Source of the DNA: Octopus sinensis | Lineage: Eukaryota | Direction of reading: 5' to 3' | Length of the DNA: 64,000 nucleotides | NCBI RefSeq assembly: GCF_006345805.1 | Contig: NC_042998.1 | Location: forward strand, 12,462,001 to 12,526,000 | In this document: in pieces, positions 1 to 15,189 of the stretch | How the letters are laid out: every line of letters starts with the position of its first letter | Numbering within the stretch: the stretch's first letter is position 1 | Program-made: the position numbers and the translations under genes | Notes under the pieces: model-generated | Seen by the model: the letters and a program-made list of their open reading frames with translations, nothing else | Told to the model about the DNA's origin: nothing | The model's database searches: none

Positions 1-1637
1 TGGATTGCCCTTCCCTTGGGAAAATCTTAATTTAATAAACTTATTGCTTAGATAGAAATTTCATAGTTGGTGACATGTTTGCAGTCTACAGGTCTAAGTA
101 GCGCTGCTTCGTAGGCATATACAGTAAATATAAAGTGTTTACTGTAAGGTACAGAATATTTATCGGTTTGCTTCAACTTGCTACAATAGGCTACAGAGGA
201 TGGTAGCGTGGGACGCTGTATATATGGAAAGCAATATTTAGCTAAGTATTACTGGGTAGAGTTTCGACCTGATTATATTTAATTGACATCTCTCAAAACT
301 AGAAAGATGATCTTACTTTCTTTATATTCTCAAGATCAACAGGTTTCCTTATTGAATTCGGGTACACACCCAGTATTTCCTATTAGGAATGCTATCGCAA
401 ATAAATCCCGTCTTTCTAAATAATCTCTAGGTTTCTTCATGTACACTAGTCTGATAGTCAATCTACGAAATATATATTTAAAAAATAGATTAATCGGACA
501 CTTAATATTGATAGTTGTTAGCATAAAAATTCTACATCATATATGGCACAAAATTATAGAACAAGAAGATTGCAGCCTTACTGTGACACTCATTTTCTAA
601 TCCTGTACCTGTCCTGTGTATCTCATGCGATACACAGACATATTTCCAGACTTCCATGTACCTAATATAATACAAATTAATATTTTGCTTTGATGCACCA
701 GAATAAATCGAGATTTACGAAGGAGAAGATTTATATTACTCAGAGCATATGAGAGAAGGGCTTATTAAAAACTTGAAAACCAGCATGGAAGTTTAAGACA
801 CAGTTATAAAAATTCTTTCAACAGGAAAATGGTTAAAGTGGACATAAAACATATTCTTCAGCCGACTTCCAATTCTGTAAAGCTTCTACTCTTCTCCCAT
901 GAACACAACACAATTGAATACTATCTGTAGTTACCTGACAGTAAATCCTTAGCCATTTCCTTTGGTTAGTGTTATAGTCAATTATGTTTCCCCCAGTGAC
1001 AGGCAATTGGACATAGATAAGTAATATATCCAAGAATTTTAATTGTCATTCCAAATGAAGTAGCAATAATTTCTAATAACTAAGACACTTACTCATATTG
1101 TAGATAAATTTCATATTTATCGTATCGTCACGCTTGGGGTATATTTTACAAATTTCCATTTCAATAACTGTCAGAAAATCTGTATATCCATAACTGTCTA
1201 AATGCACATTACCACTCACAGAAACAATATTCAAAGATATTAGTGTTACGACAAGTGCTTGATATATTTACTCACTTTACATATACGCATCAATACGTAC
1301 ATATACGTACACATAGATTCATGTACACACACAAATAAACGTATTTATGTATGTAGGTATGCAGATGTATATATACATTCCTGGTTTTTCAGCAATCATA
1401 CAATTGATCACTTCTTATATTATTCCTACCAATAAAATGAAATAAAATATATACCTAAGCATTTCTCTAAAAATGTCTTTTAAACTGATTCTAATAGTGT
1501 TAAAATTGCAAGAAATCTTAAAGAATATAACAAATTTATATCAACTCATTGATTTCGCCATCATTGTAATCGCATATTTATATATTAATCAATCATGATG
1601 AAGATAAATACGCAGAAATAAAAAAAAATCCGCAATA

Positions 1638-2100
<463 letters not shown>

Positions 2101-2569
2101 TATGTATTATGTATGAATGTTTGTATGTGTGTATTTATGTATTCGCTCAATAAGATATGCATATTAATGTATCGTTATATGCAAATCTATGCATCAATTT
2201 CAACATGAAAATTAGAAAGTCCCCAGTTATTCTGCGTTATTGAATAATATGAAATAGAAATATGAATATAATTAGTTTATACGAATTAAATGAGAAAAGG
2301 AAATAGGAATAAAATATTGTAAAAGAAATAATGGAAATCATAGCAAGTGCACGTAGTGTAGGAACATAATTAGAAGTATGAAAAAACGGAAATAAATTTT
2401 GCAAAAAAATATTGTCCCTATATAGTTTGTTTACAGTTTTCGATATATTTCCTTCCTACCCTAACAATTACGATAATTTAAAATGATAGAATATCCGACA
2501 TTTTCATGATGATTATATTTAGTTGATTTATCACATAATTCTAGTATGACAACGGCTTGTATGTGTTAT

Positions 2570-2611
2570 AATGTGTTATATATATATATTATAATATATA
2601 TATATATATTA

Positions 2612-2683
<72 letters not shown>

Positions 2684-3260
2684 TACACATATATATATAT
2701 ATACATATATATATATATGTATATAGGTATATATATATATATACATATATTCACAAATATATAATATATATAATATATATCTATGTCTGTCTATCTATAT
2801 ATATATCTCTCTAGATATATATATGCACACACATACGTACACATCTATGTGTATATGTATATATATATTATATATATATATATATGCACAAATGTACATA
2901 TATGTATGTTTGTGTCTGTTTAAGTGCATATATATATATGTATATATATATACATATATGCACTCGTGTATCTATGTGTATATGTATGCATACATTTATC
3001 TACATATCCACACACACATACATACATACATACATATATATGCATATATAATATTTTTCACACAGCTATATATACGTCTCTCTGAATCTATGTATATATT
3101 TAAGTATATTTCTGTATACGTACATATTCAGAGATATGTGTATGTGTGTATACATGAGTACACATATATATATTTGTGTGAGTGCGTGTGTGTGTATGTG
3201 TATGTATGTATGGTTAGTTGGATAAATGTTTAAAGACTTACTTGTGTGTATGTGTACGCA
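2570..3260. repeat. (TA)n / (CA)n / (TG)n low-complexity block
   Basis: Directly visible dinucleotide tracts. The YIYI/HTHT ORFs are artefacts. Confidence 0.9.
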
Positions 3261-4199
3261 TAAATATACTTTAAACATATTCATCTTGCATTATTACTTT
3301 TTTTTCTTTTTATCTAATGCTTCATTTCTATTCTGCAGATGTTCTTGATGTGAAAGTATATTCAATCTTGTTTCATAGTTTTTTTTTCTCTCTCAATATT
3401 TACTTCGCAGTGTCGAATTCTCTCCTAGGAAATACTTTTGAGTTATTGTGTATCTAATCAAACGAGGCATACATTACTTTTTCATGAATAGTATGTTTTT
3501 CTTTCTTAGTTCGTTAGTATTTTACAAATAATCTGGAGCCATATAGATTGAATTTAAGCAGAGGTTTATTAAAAGACTTAGATTACACGTATTTTAGAGA
3601 CCGAATCGTATTCTAGTCGATCACATGTGAATACCCCCAAATGAAATTGATTTTTAATCCTCAGAATAAAAGCACTTAGGTGTTTGATTCTCTCTGACAT
3701 GTGTAGCCAGGAATCAAAGATGTCGCTGGAGTGCGGACATGCTGGGGCATCGCTTATAATGATTTAGTTGAACTAGTAAGTTCCAGTATCCATTCTGTCG
3801 GTTTCTGTTTGAAGAACCACTAGCTTACAGGTACGCTAACGAACTAACACCGATTGTTAAGTCTGAATTGTTAAGTCTGAATTGACCAACTCCAAATGCC
3901 AAAGGGAAATAATTTTAAGATCAAGTATTTTGAAAACTTTAATACACATAGATACACACCCACACATATACACACACACTCATACACACACATATTGTTA
4001 GATTGGTCCAAAAGTTGATTAGTTTTTGTCAAGACTAAACAACGATATACCTCTTCCACCCGTTCTCTTCAACTAACAGGTGCAAGCTCAAGTCAGGCCC
4101 ACTCAATCCTACTATATTTGCTACATTCATTCATCTTTCGACGAAATGATAATGATAATAATAATGATTTCTTATTAACCACAAGGGTTTTACAAAAGC

Positions 4200-4580
4200 A
4201 ATGAGATCCTGTAAAAAGAAGAAAAGTTTTAAATAATGATTAATTCGGTAAAAGAGGGAGAATTCCAAAGGCTATACGTGGAAATCCCATAAAGTCACGG
4301 ATACCTTTTCCTCTATGTTCTCCCTCCACCCACAGCTACACACGCAGAACAAGCCCATTCTTCCTAGCCATGCTTGCCACTTCCGTCCACCTTTCAACGG
4401 ATTTGCTGGGAGGCTGCACTTCCTTCTCTTCCCCATTTTTCTTTTGAAGTTAAACTCGGCAAAGATAATGCTGGTTTGGCCCCAAAACTAACTTGTTTGT
4501 CTTCAGCTCATTCAGTCTCGCCAATTACACACAACACCTTTCACCACCAAACAGACAAACACTGCCCGTCCTTCCCGGCC
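4200..4580 (-). mobile_element. Old, degenerate Tx1/L1-like LINE 3' end (ORF2 C-terminus plus start of 3' UTR)
   Basis: Manual minus-strand translation gives REGRAVFVCLV...GQTSIIF..FNFKRKM and, after a frameshift, ..ERWTEVASMARKNG. This aligns by eye to REGRAIFILLV...SGQSLINFFKYHLKRK...KRWVNVARMARMND of the element at 31821-33100. Confidence 0.6.
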
Positions 4581-4689
4581 AATGGACTAAACTAGCGGTT
4601 CTCAAACGAAGGAGTTAGTCGACACCAAACTTCATTTTACGATCAGAATGGTCGAAAATATTTCCAAAATATCCAAATTGAGGTTTGAA

Positions 4690-5050
4690 AGTCATCTGCG
4701 TCAACGTGGTTAACTTAGCAGATTCGATGTTTGGGTTTCACACCCATTGAATGAGGTTAACCTCGATCAACGGATTTCAATTAGCGATTCATTGCAGAAA
4801 CGCGAAGAAAACGTTCCGTTTTCGAAGAGAATAATGACAGGAGACAAAAAAATGGCTCTATAAAAATGCAAATTGCAACCGATCATGAAGGAAGCGCAAC
4901 GAACTACCACAAATAAATTCAGGACCACAAATCGGATTGTGCAGTGGCCAGGTGGAGAAAATAAACGCAGCTCTCAGCCACAAGCGTTCAGCATTTTTGC
5001 TAAGTATAGGGGCGTTATTATTTCCCACGACATTGCCAGACCAGAAGTTG
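4690..5050 (+). pseudogene. Mariner-type transposase relic
   Basis: Manual translation from 4693: HLRQRG*LSRFDVWVSHPLNEVNLDQRISISDSLQKREENVPFSKRIMTGDKK, later GVIISHDIARP. These match the mariner WVPHEL, TGDEKW and HDNARPH motifs. Contains stops and frameshifts. Confidence 0.8.
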
Positions 5051-5749
5051 CTGGTTCTTGGTTGATTATTTTTGCCACACCCTTTATAATTGCCCGGTCT
5101 TGATCCTTCAGTCTTCCCACTGTTTAAGTTTCTTCAAAATTCATCGAATGGACAGAAGAAGATGTAAAAATTAGCCTGGAAACGTTTACTGCCAGTATAG
5201 ACAGGAAATTCTATGAGCAGGGAATAATGGTGAAAGATGATACAAAAAAAAACCAAAAAAAAAACCAAATGTTACAAGAAACAAAGAACATGATACGGGA
5301 AACAAGGTGGGGGATGATAGTGGAACGAAGCTAATAATATCATTGATTGAAGAAATCGGTTTATGCTTAAAACTTGTGACTTATTTTCGCTTAAGAAATC
5401 GTACGGGCTTTTTGGTCCACCCAAAATATATCCACAAAGAGCGTGGTTATACACCTTTCTTTCATTTCGAAATGTAAATGTCACTGCTCGAAGTTATATA
5501 GACAGAAGCAGCAGCTTCTATTTGTACCAATAACAGAGTGCTATCATACTAATGAATGGCATTTACAACAATGTGACCACAAACCAATCAATGCTGATGA
5601 AGTAAATTACTGTAAGAAAGAAGTCTTTTTTTTTCTTCACTTTGTTTCCATTTATACGAGGAGTTTGCAGTATCTTTTCCCGTTCACGAAACTTTTAGTA
5701 ATGTGATGAGAAAATTTACCCGTTATTCAATAAATACAACTTCAAGTAT

Positions 5750-6180
5750 GTTCGACACAGTCGAACCAATTCTACTATATGGCTCAGAAACCTGGACGTT
5801 ATCAAAGAAGCTTGAGAGGCGGTTGGATGGAACTTACACTCGCCCCCTTATGAGAGCTCAAAAAATCTCTCATGGAAGCGTCATCCAACCAAAGTACAAA
5901 TATATGGGAAACTACCACCTGTATCATCTCTTGTGAAAGGTAGGAGAGTCCAGTTTGCTGGACATTGTTGTAGAGCTGAAAACGAGGTAATTTCTACTCT
6001 TCTCCTCTGGAAGCCATCTACTCGCGATACCAGAGGGCGCACACTCTCCTACCCTGATGTAATCTCCAGGGATACAGGCATCCAACAATAGGACCTCCGT
6101 AATGCTATGATAGACCATGAAGTCTGGCGTAGCATAGTAAATTCTATTGTCTCGACCACGGTCGAACAATGATGATGATA
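5750..6180 (+). mobile_element. RTE-clade LINE, 5'-truncated 3' fragment
   Basis: TVEPILLYGSETWTLSKKLERRLDGTYTR, then after a shift ..VKGRRVQFAGHCCRA..WRSIVNSIVSTTVEQ*. Typical RTE post-RT C-terminus; ends in a (GAT)n tail at about 6169-6180. Confidence 0.8.
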
Positions 6181-6546
6181 TCTTGAGTCCTACGTCCGTT
6201 TGATTAAGCATTCGTATAACTGCTACAGTACCGTTGAGAGCTACCCTCAGGTAAAGGATACCTAGTTGATTATAGAACGACAAAGGCATTAGTACACGTT
6301 TAAAAAATATCTAAGTACCATCAAAGAAGCTGTATTTGACATGTTCCATCTCAATGACAGAAAGCACAACGAAGTGCATGCCTTGAAAGCTCACTTCCGA
6401 GATCTGTTAAAATGAATGTGCTATCAAACCCGTACAGTAGCACATTCACGGACAAATTCGGCTTCAAATCATCCTAAGCCATCCCCAAATGAAATGAATG
6501 GTACTACCTTCTTCTTCATTTTCTACAGTCGTGCTATCTCCTTTTA

Positions 6547-6581
<35 letters not shown>
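6547..6581. repeat. (TTA)n array = (TAA)n 3' flank/tail of the R4/Dong-like element
   Basis: Directly visible and abuts the element 3' end on the minus strand. Confidence 0.95.
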
Positions 6582-9500
6582 CATTCTATGTTTGACTTTT
6601 GCTTTATATTTGTACAAGTTGGCTCCAAGTCTCACCCAGAGACCCTCAAGAGACAACAGGGTTGGAAGTTCATGTTGTTGTTATGCCTAGTGTGCCATAT
6701 ATTTGGGGGGTGGGGATGTTGTACTAATGAATGTCTAAGAAAAAAAAAAATTTTTTTTTTTTTTTTTTTTAAACCGAAAATTATGGTTGTTTTAAACCTT
6801 GAGGTTACATAGAGAGTATTTTGCGTAGGATATGAGCAGTTCCCATGAGCACTATCTTTTTAACTTCTGCCATTTTTGGGTTTCCTGGTATCTGAGTTAG
6901 GTAGCTATCAGCCCATTTTGCTATCATTCCCAGGGCACCTATGACAACTGGTATTGTTTTAGTCTTCAGCTTCCACATTTTGCTGATTTCTATTTCAAGA
7001 TCTTTATATTTGCTCAGTTTTTGGTAGGTCCTGACAGATACGTTTATATCGATTGGGACAGTCATATCAATGAGGAGGCATTTTCTTTGTTTGAAGTCTT
7101 TCAATATGATGTCTGGCCTATTTGCATCTATCTTCCTGTCAGTTTGAATGGTGAAGTTCCAGAGGAGTGAGATGTGGTCATTTTCAAGCACTGGGGGTGG
7201 TTTGTGTTCCCACCAGTTTTTTTCATGGGGCAAATCCAGGTTTTTACAGATTACCCAGTGAATATATTGTGCAGCTCTATCGTGCCTGTTGAGATACTCT
7301 GTAGGCGCTAGAAGACTGCACTTGGAGACCACATGGTCAATGGTTTCATTTTGTTGCTTGCATATACGACACGTTGGACTGCTTCTGATCTTTAATATGT
7401 TGGCCTGGTAGTTTCTTGTTGGTAGGCATTGATCTTGAGCTGCTATGATAAACCCCTCTGTTTCAGATTTTAAGCCAGAGGCCATTAGCCATTGATGGGT
7501 CCGGGCTTTGTCGATATCTGCATTATTCGCTCTCTTTGGGTATTTGCCGTAGAGAGGTTTTTCTTGCCATTTATTATTCAGAATATCTAAGGCCGCAGTT
7601 TTGGCACGGGTTTTCATGCGCCTAGCTTTTTCCGTGCTTGTTTCTTGTATGTCTATCTCTAACTCCGAAATTGGTTGTATTCGGAATTCACTTAGATATT
7701 CCTTTGCCTGTTTTGTGACTGAGTATGATGCTTTCTTGTTTTCATGTTTTCAGACAAGTTTTAACATCCAGTCCTCAGAGTTTTTCAGGTAGGTGTCTAG
7801 GCCAATTGTAGCAATCTTCATTGTTATTGCCAGTTGCAAAAGACCACGGCCTCCCTCTTTTCTTGGCAGATAGAGTCGTTCTGTATCTGCCTTAGGGTGG
7901 TGCATTCTATGCATTGTCAACAGTTTCCTTATTTTTCTGTCGAGCTGACATATTTCAGTAATTGACCAGTTAACAATATTGAAACTGTAAGTCACGACTG
8001 GTATAGCTAATGCATTGATTGCTTCGATCCTGTTTCTTGCATTCAGCTCTGTCTTGAGTATTGCTCTCACTCTTCGATAGCATTCTCTCCTGATCCTTCC
8101 TTCATCTCTGAATGCCTTATTCCGTTCCCTTCAATTACCCTAGGTACTTGTAGCTCTCCGGCGGTCTAGTTCTTTTATGACATTCTGTTGGTCAAGGTTA
8201 ACGTTAGATGTTTCTGTCATTTTTCCTTTGATAAAGGTAGCCTTTGCACATTTATCGAGGCCGAATTGCATTCTGATGTCGTCACTGAATTGTTTGACTA
8301 TCGCTAGTAAGCCCTTGAGTTGTTGATCATTTTTTGCAAAAAGCTTTAAATCATCCATGTAAACGAGATGATTTATATTTTTATCAAACATTTTATACCC
8401 GTACTGCGCGTCATTGAGCAGCTTTGAGAGAGGTATTAAGGATAAACAAAAGAGGAGTGGTGACAGTGAGTCACCCTGGAAAATGCCACACGAAATTTTT
8501 ACATCACCAGCATTTAGGGATTCACTGTCACTGTTCAGAGTTAGTGTGGTTCTCCATGATCTCATACTTACAGTCAAGAAGTTTCGCAGAGTTGGTGCTA
8601 TCTTATACATTTCAAGGCATTTCCTAATCCAGCTATGTGGTAGGCTATCAAAAGCCTTTTTATAGTCTATCCAGGCTATTGATAAGTTTTTGTGTCGTTT
8701 GTGACAATCTTCTAAGATCATCTTATTGATGAGTAGTTGGTCTTTACAGCCGTAGGATCCACGTTTACATCCTTTCTGTTCATTAGGGAATATGCTGCTG
8801 TCTGTTAAAAAACTATAGGTATATTCCGTCAGGACAGATGTTAGAGTTTTGTACATAGTTGTTAAGCAGGTTATGGGTCTATAGTTTTTTGGTTCATTTG
8901 TTTCTTCACTTTTTGGAAGCAGGAATGTTAACCCATTAACTAGCCAAGGAGGCATCCTACTAGGGTGTTGCAGAACATCATTGTACAGTTCTGTTAGCAG
9001 TTCATGGCTCTCTGGGAAGGCATTCAGCCAGAAGTTAGGAATTTTATCCTTTCCTGGAGACTTCCATTTGCTTGACCTCCTGAGAGCAGATCTTATATCT
9101 TCTACCTTGACACCCTCCCACTTTTGCTCTTCTAAGGGGTCCAGTTCTGTAGATATTCTGTCAATCCAGGGGGCCTTTTCGTTGTGTGTTTTCTTCTGCC
9201 CAGATTTTATTCCAAAATCTCTGCACTTCTTCTTTTGATGGTACAGACCCTGCAGTAAACGCTGTTTTTCCTATCTTCCTGTAAAAATTCTTGGTGTTAT
9301 TTTTGAACATGTTGTTGTCCTTGAAAAATCTAACACGCTTTTCATACCTCGCTATGCGGGTAGCTTTGGCAGATACCTTTTGTTTGATGGTTTCTATGGT
9401 GGCATCAATATCAAGTATAGTTTTCATATTGTATTTTTTCAGTAATTTTTGGGTTTTTGTAGGTTTGGTAGTCTTGTGAGCCTTAAGGTTTTTCAAATAT

Positions 9501-9704
9501 TCAATGTCAGATCTAAATACTTTAATTTGTTGTTGCAGACGCTCTTGCCAAGAAGGCTTTTTGTGGGACTGTTGCCGTTTTCTAATCTTTACACCACATA
9601 GGATCGTTGAGATTTTCGCGGATGCATAGTATAGGTGGTTGAGGTTTGTGATATCAACATCATTAACTGAAATTATATCCTTAAGTGCAAGCCGGATTTT
9701 ACCA
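6582..9704 (-). mobile_element. R4/Dong-like non-LTR retrotransposon (RT + CCHC + RLE), 5'-truncated, inserted in (TAA)n
   Basis: ORF pieces 9161..9496, 8140..8955, 7750..8070 and 6805..7617 carry NYRPITCL, IDYKKAFDS, GIFQGDSLSPLLF, YMDDLKL, CRICKQQNETIDHVVSKC and RPDII..LLIDMTVP..KLSKYKDL. (TTA)n on both sides. Confidence 0.93.
6805..9700 (-). pseudogene. Frameshifted RT/RLE polyprotein of the R4/Dong-like element
   Basis: Colinear domains split over several frames; the breaks inspected (near 8100-8165) look like 1-nt losses in short homopolymers. Confidence 0.85.
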
Positions 9705-9781
<77 letters not shown>

Positions 9782-9959
9782 GCCTTTGCACAGCTTCTAA
9801 TGCTGGAGTTAGACACTATGGTGTCATCTATTCACTAACAAGCGAACTAAGGTAACACACCTTATTTTTTCAAGCATCTACCGGAGTATTCGAGCGCTTC
9901 CAAGCAGTGCTGTTTTCTGCAAGTGTTTCACCCTTATTGCAGCCCCTATTTGTTCCATA

Positions 9960-10012
<53 letters not shown>

Positions 10013-10030
10013 TATTATTATTATTATTAT
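9705..10030. repeat. Two (TTA)n arrays (9705-9781, 9961-10030)
   Basis: Directly visible. Confidence 0.95.
9782..9960 (-). mobile_element. 3' stub of a third RLE-type (R4/Dong-like) retrotransposon family
   Basis: Minus-strand translation MEQIGAAIRVKHLQKTALLGSARILR*MLEK resembles the C-termini of the two larger elements (VKKIVLMGTAHILRKILS; VQKIVLTGTSHVLRRALS). Followed by a short UTR and (TAA)n. Confidence 0.75.
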
Positions 10031-10595
10031 AAAATCCTACTTATGATATTTATACGGCTTTAATAGATACCCAACTCGATCACACTGAATGATTTCTTTT
10101 TTTAAATTACTGCGTGTATTAGGCTGTTCTTTTTAACACTGATATGGCTTTTAACAGTCACGCGTATTTAATTTCGAATTCGTTGTGTTTTTCTTTGGTA
10201 AAGATATCTTGAGCCTTAGTTTCAGATAGAAACAAGCGAAATTAATGAGATTTGGCTGGGAATATTTGTGTAGAAGCTTGTCTCAGAGACTGTATCTCGT
10301 CTTGGTCATTTGACGGCACTCGATACCCGGTTTATCAGAGACTTCTGTGTGTCATCTTACTGCAGTTTATACTCTTTAGAACATTTGCATAAAGTTGTGT
10401 TTCTAAGCACTGTGACTCTCTTTTCCAAGTTTTGAGCAGATTCTAAAAAATTTCACTGATTTTGTCCTTCTTTGAGTCAGTAAATACTTCCAGAAATTTC
10501 ATGGAGTGATAAATACTGCGCAGATGTCATTTTTGGACAACGACTAATGGATCATATGTGGTTTTGTATTAATTCCATTCCACTACTTCGGCTAA

Positions 10596-11010
10596 GGGGG
10601 CGAGCTGGCACAAACGTTAGCACGCCGGGCGAAATGCTAAGCGGCATTTCGTCTGCCGTTACGTTCTGAGTTCACATTCCACCGAAGTCGACTTTGCCTT
10701 TCATACTTTCGGGGGCGATAACTTAAGTACCAGTTACGCACTGGGGTCGATGTAATCGACTTAATCCCTTTGTCTGTCCTTGTTTGTCCCTTCTGTGTTT
10801 GGCCCCTTGTCGGTAGTAAAGAAATAGTTACTTCGTCTGCCGTTACGTTCTGAGCTCAAACTCCGCCGAGGTCGACTTTGCCTTTCATCCTTTCAGGGTC
10901 GATAAATAAAGTACCAGTTACTCACTGGGGTCGATGTAAACGACTTTATCCCTTTGTCTGTCTTTGTTTGTCCCCTCCATGTTTAGCCCCTTGTGGGCAA
11001 TAAAGAAATA
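10596..11010 (+). mobile_element. SINE family A: tRNA-like head plus two tandem bodies
   Basis: Head GGCGAGCTGGCA(G)AAACGTTAGCAC; body ...GCCTTTCATCCTTTCGGGGTCGATAA...; tail AAAGAAATA at 10826 and 11010. Multiple homologs in the window. Confidence 0.88.
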
Positions 11011-12409
11011 TATATATAGACAAAACCAATTAAGAAATTGGAGAAATTTATCGCTTCACAGCGCTTATACTTTGCGAACTACTGTATATTTCGCACTACC
11101 GTAAATGACCGCGAAACACATTTACAGACTAAGAATTTGAGGTAAAATCCATACCCAAATGAATGCAGCTGTGCTGATGACATGGTAGTATCACAACGTA
11201 ACTTCAGCTGCCTGGCTATTATTTTCATAGCTTGGACATTTGCATCTCACGTACATAATGTAACGTCACTGTGATGTTAAAATGTGAAAAAATGTTCGAA
11301 AATATCTACCATCTTTATTTCAAAACTCACGTTGCAACACCACATACTTGGTTCAACTAATGAGCTTATGTTTTTGCCAAGGCTTATTACTTAGTAAAAA
11401 GGAAAGGATGTTTTAGTATCCGTGGAAACAACAGCAACTGAATGTTTTAATCAGCCAAAAATATATTTAAATTAATGTTCATAACTATTTATGACAGCCG
11501 AGGCGTAGCATTTTCCCTTACAACATACCATTGAATAGAACACATACTTCTGTGATGTTATAATTCATTCATATATTTCTTTCGAAACCCTCATGCTAGC
11601 GCTTTTTTTTTCTTCTTACCAACGGCAATGTAAAGGGTATAATTTATAAGAATATAGCAACACTTTACATTTATAGTGAAGACAAGTTTTGGAATGTGCT
11701 TTTGATGTTTATATATATGCAATGCAATTACAGCTTTTATTTCCGTAAAAATTTCAAAGAGATAATAGTAAAAAAGAAAAAAAAAGGAAAAAAGAAGTTG
11801 TTTGAGCAGATTTAAACCGAATATCAAAAGGGATGTTTTTAAATTGCACTATAACTCCATAAAGGTAGTATTAGTGCCAAATCAACATTAAAATATCTTC
11901 CAATAAATGCATCGAAATATATTAAAAAGTAACGAATTTTAATGTGTGGATCACACATTCTCCCAAAGTAACATTACGCAATGTAAACAGCTGGTCATAT
12001 AATAAAGGATTTGTATTAAAAATAGAGCAAAATATATGAATCTAAACTCATTCAACGAACTAAATCACCACTTCTAAAGAATATATAATTTTGTCAATAT
12101 TGGCCATGAAGTATCTGGAATATGTTTAAAGCGTTTGATGTGTGGGATTGAAAAGTTAAGAAAGGATGGAACATAGTTTCATCTCGGAGCGCACCTAAAA
12201 TGATTTATTGGATTAATCCTAAATATATTTCAAATATTAAAGATAATCTAAACACCAATGAAAATGTTTTCGCATTCCACTTTCTACTTAGAAATAAAAT
12301 ATGAATAAAGAGACACTTCTCTGTCTCCCTTTTCCCTCCCCCTCTCCCTCTCTTTGTATACAGTCAAACACACAAACCCCCCACACACATATCGATAGAT
12401 ATCATACAT

Positions 12410-12860
<451 letters not shown>

Positions 12861-13236
12861 GAGTATATTGTGGCTTTATGTTCAAATGCGTAAAAGTTTG
12901 CAGTTAAGAAAACTCAAATATGATTCATACTTCACATACAATAAACGTTATTTAGTTAAACTGAGATATTTTAAAAAGGGAATCTCCGATTTCTAATCTG
13001 CAGCAAATATAATGATACTCCTAATTCGAAAGATAGTAAATATAATGCATTTGAAACAATTTCATTGCGGAGTAGAATAAATTACATGTTCAGTGGAGTA
13101 ATATTCGGTTACTTGTTATTTAAGACGAACCAAACATTTTTCATACTAGCGGAGAGGAGTTCGGGATGTATGAAGGGAATTAAAAGGGCATATAATGTTG
13201 GATATTTTTGATTCGACCACCCTGTAAGTCTCATGT

Positions 13237-13622
13237 GTGGAGGCGCAATGGCCCAGTGGTTAGGGCAGCGGACTCGCGGTCATAGGATCGCGGTTTCGAT
13301 TCCCAGACCGGGCGTTGTGAGTGTTTATTGAGCGAAAGCACCTAAAAGCTCCACGAGGCTCCGGCAGGGGATGGCGGTGATCCCTGCTGTACTCTTTCAC
13401 TACAACTTTCTCTCACTCTTACTTCCTGTTTCTGTTGTACCTGTATTTCAAAGGGCCGGCCTTGTCACTCTCTGTGTCACGCTGAATATCCCCGAGAACT
13501 ACGTTAAGGGTGCACGTGTCTGTGGAGTGCTCAGCCACTTACACGTTAATTTCACGAGCAGGCTGTTCCGTTGATTGGATCAACCGGAACCCTCGTCGTC
13601 GTAACCGAAGGAGTGCTTCCAC
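13237..13622 (+). mobile_element. SINE family C (tRNA-derived head), tail type 1
   Basis: A-box TGGCCCAGTGG and B-box GGTTTCGATTCC; near-identical to 59331-59664. Confidence 0.9.
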
Positions 13623-13895
13623 CCAAGTCTTATGTTCTTTGACACTTGTTAACTTAGCAAAAATTTTAGGTTCCGTAAGAAGATACATAAAAATGTACAA
13701 AAATATACATACATCTATAAAATTACTTTCTCATGGTTATCTGGTAACTGCACCAGAGTTTGAAAGTGTAGTGATATACGTCTGGTAACTAATGAAGAAC
13801 TTGGTGGATGAGTTAAATAAATAAATAAAATATTATTGGTTCCTTCATAATGGCATTTTCTAAGTAATTTTTCTTTCGAATATATACTATCCCTA

Positions 13896-14310
13896 GGGCG
13901 GCGAGGTGGCAGAATTGTTAGCACGCTAGACGAAATGCTTAGAGGTATTTCGTCTACCCTTATGTTCTGAGATCAAACTCCACCAAGGTCGACTTTGCGT
14001 TTCATCCAATCGGGGTCGACTAAATATGTACCTGTTACACACTGGAATGGATGTAATCGACTTAAACCATTTGTTTGTCCCCTCTATGTTTAAGGCAGTG
14101 AGCTGGCAAATCTTTAGTACGCCAGGCAAAAACCTTGGCGGCCAGTCGTCCGTCCTTAAGTTATAAGTTCAAATTCGGCCGAAGTCGAATTGGCTTTTAT
14201 CATTTCAGGGTTCATATAATAAATACCAGTTCAGCATTGGAGTCGATGTAATCGACTTAACCCGTTATCTGAAATTGCTGGCATTGTGCCAAAGTTTGAA
14301 ACTATTATAT
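13896..14310 (+). mobile_element. Two diverged SINE family A copies in tandem (13896-14091, 14092-14310)
   Basis: Degenerate head and central GTCGACTTT..TTTCATCC..GGGGTCGA motifs occur twice. Confidence 0.75.
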
Positions 14311-15189
14311 ATTACAACAACAAGACAAGAAACGAAATTGTCTAGTAATGAGTGAGTCTCCCAGTGATCATTCAAATGGACAGAAATAGCAGCCAAATAT
14401 CTCTAAAATCAAAATTGCTGATCTTACAGAATTTAGGGATGTCTTGCGTAATGCATTTCGAAGTGTCCCTAAGAAGATAAAATGGCAACACCGAGCAATT
14501 AATTATACATGCTCACAGCACAAGAGAGCTTCACCTAAAAAAGAAAAAAAACCCAAAATACTGACAACATTTAATTAGTAGATATATCGAGTGGTTAGCT
14601 GCGGATCGTATCTTTTGGCAAAAATTGTATTTGTGTTCTATAAATGGGAAGCAATACCGAATTCTCAATTAATGGAAAATGCGAGAGGATACAAATTTAA
14701 TGTGGGAGTTACAGTGTCAGCATTCAGTTCTTCGTTTTAGCTATTTCGATACACATCGGGAAACGTACTCTTGAGACAGAATAACAAAACCCAAAAACGA
14801 TAAATACGACAATGGAAATATAACACATTCAATATATCATGCAGAGCATGATTATCGTAAACCCCTTATCAGATTATACATTCATTTGCCTGTATACTTG
14901 TGAGGTTAGGGTTAGAGTTAGGGCTTTGAGGTTGTATATGCAGGTGTATACACACGTATAAAGGTTGATGATCTATTTTTGTTCTCTTATTAAGTGTTCA
15001 CAAATTAATGTTTGATATTTCTTTTTCTCGGAGATAATTTTCAAGGATGATGTTTGCTGAATGGCAATCCATTTTAAGCAGCCGTTCCCGATTGTGTTAC
15101 ACTAAGAGGTGAGGATGAACATAGTAAAATATTAATCTCTCTCACACACAGCTGGGACACACGCTCACTTATAAGCAAACATTCATATT

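Noticed and set aside
336-524. CPINLFFKYI peptide reminiscent of Crypton/DUF3504 tyrosine recombinase relics
   Set aside because: Single short motif with no supporting catalytic residues.
13237-13320. tRNA-like A/B boxes at SINE heads (also 50997, 51253, 59331)
   Set aside because: They run into SINE bodies and lack a full cloverleaf; not tRNA genes.
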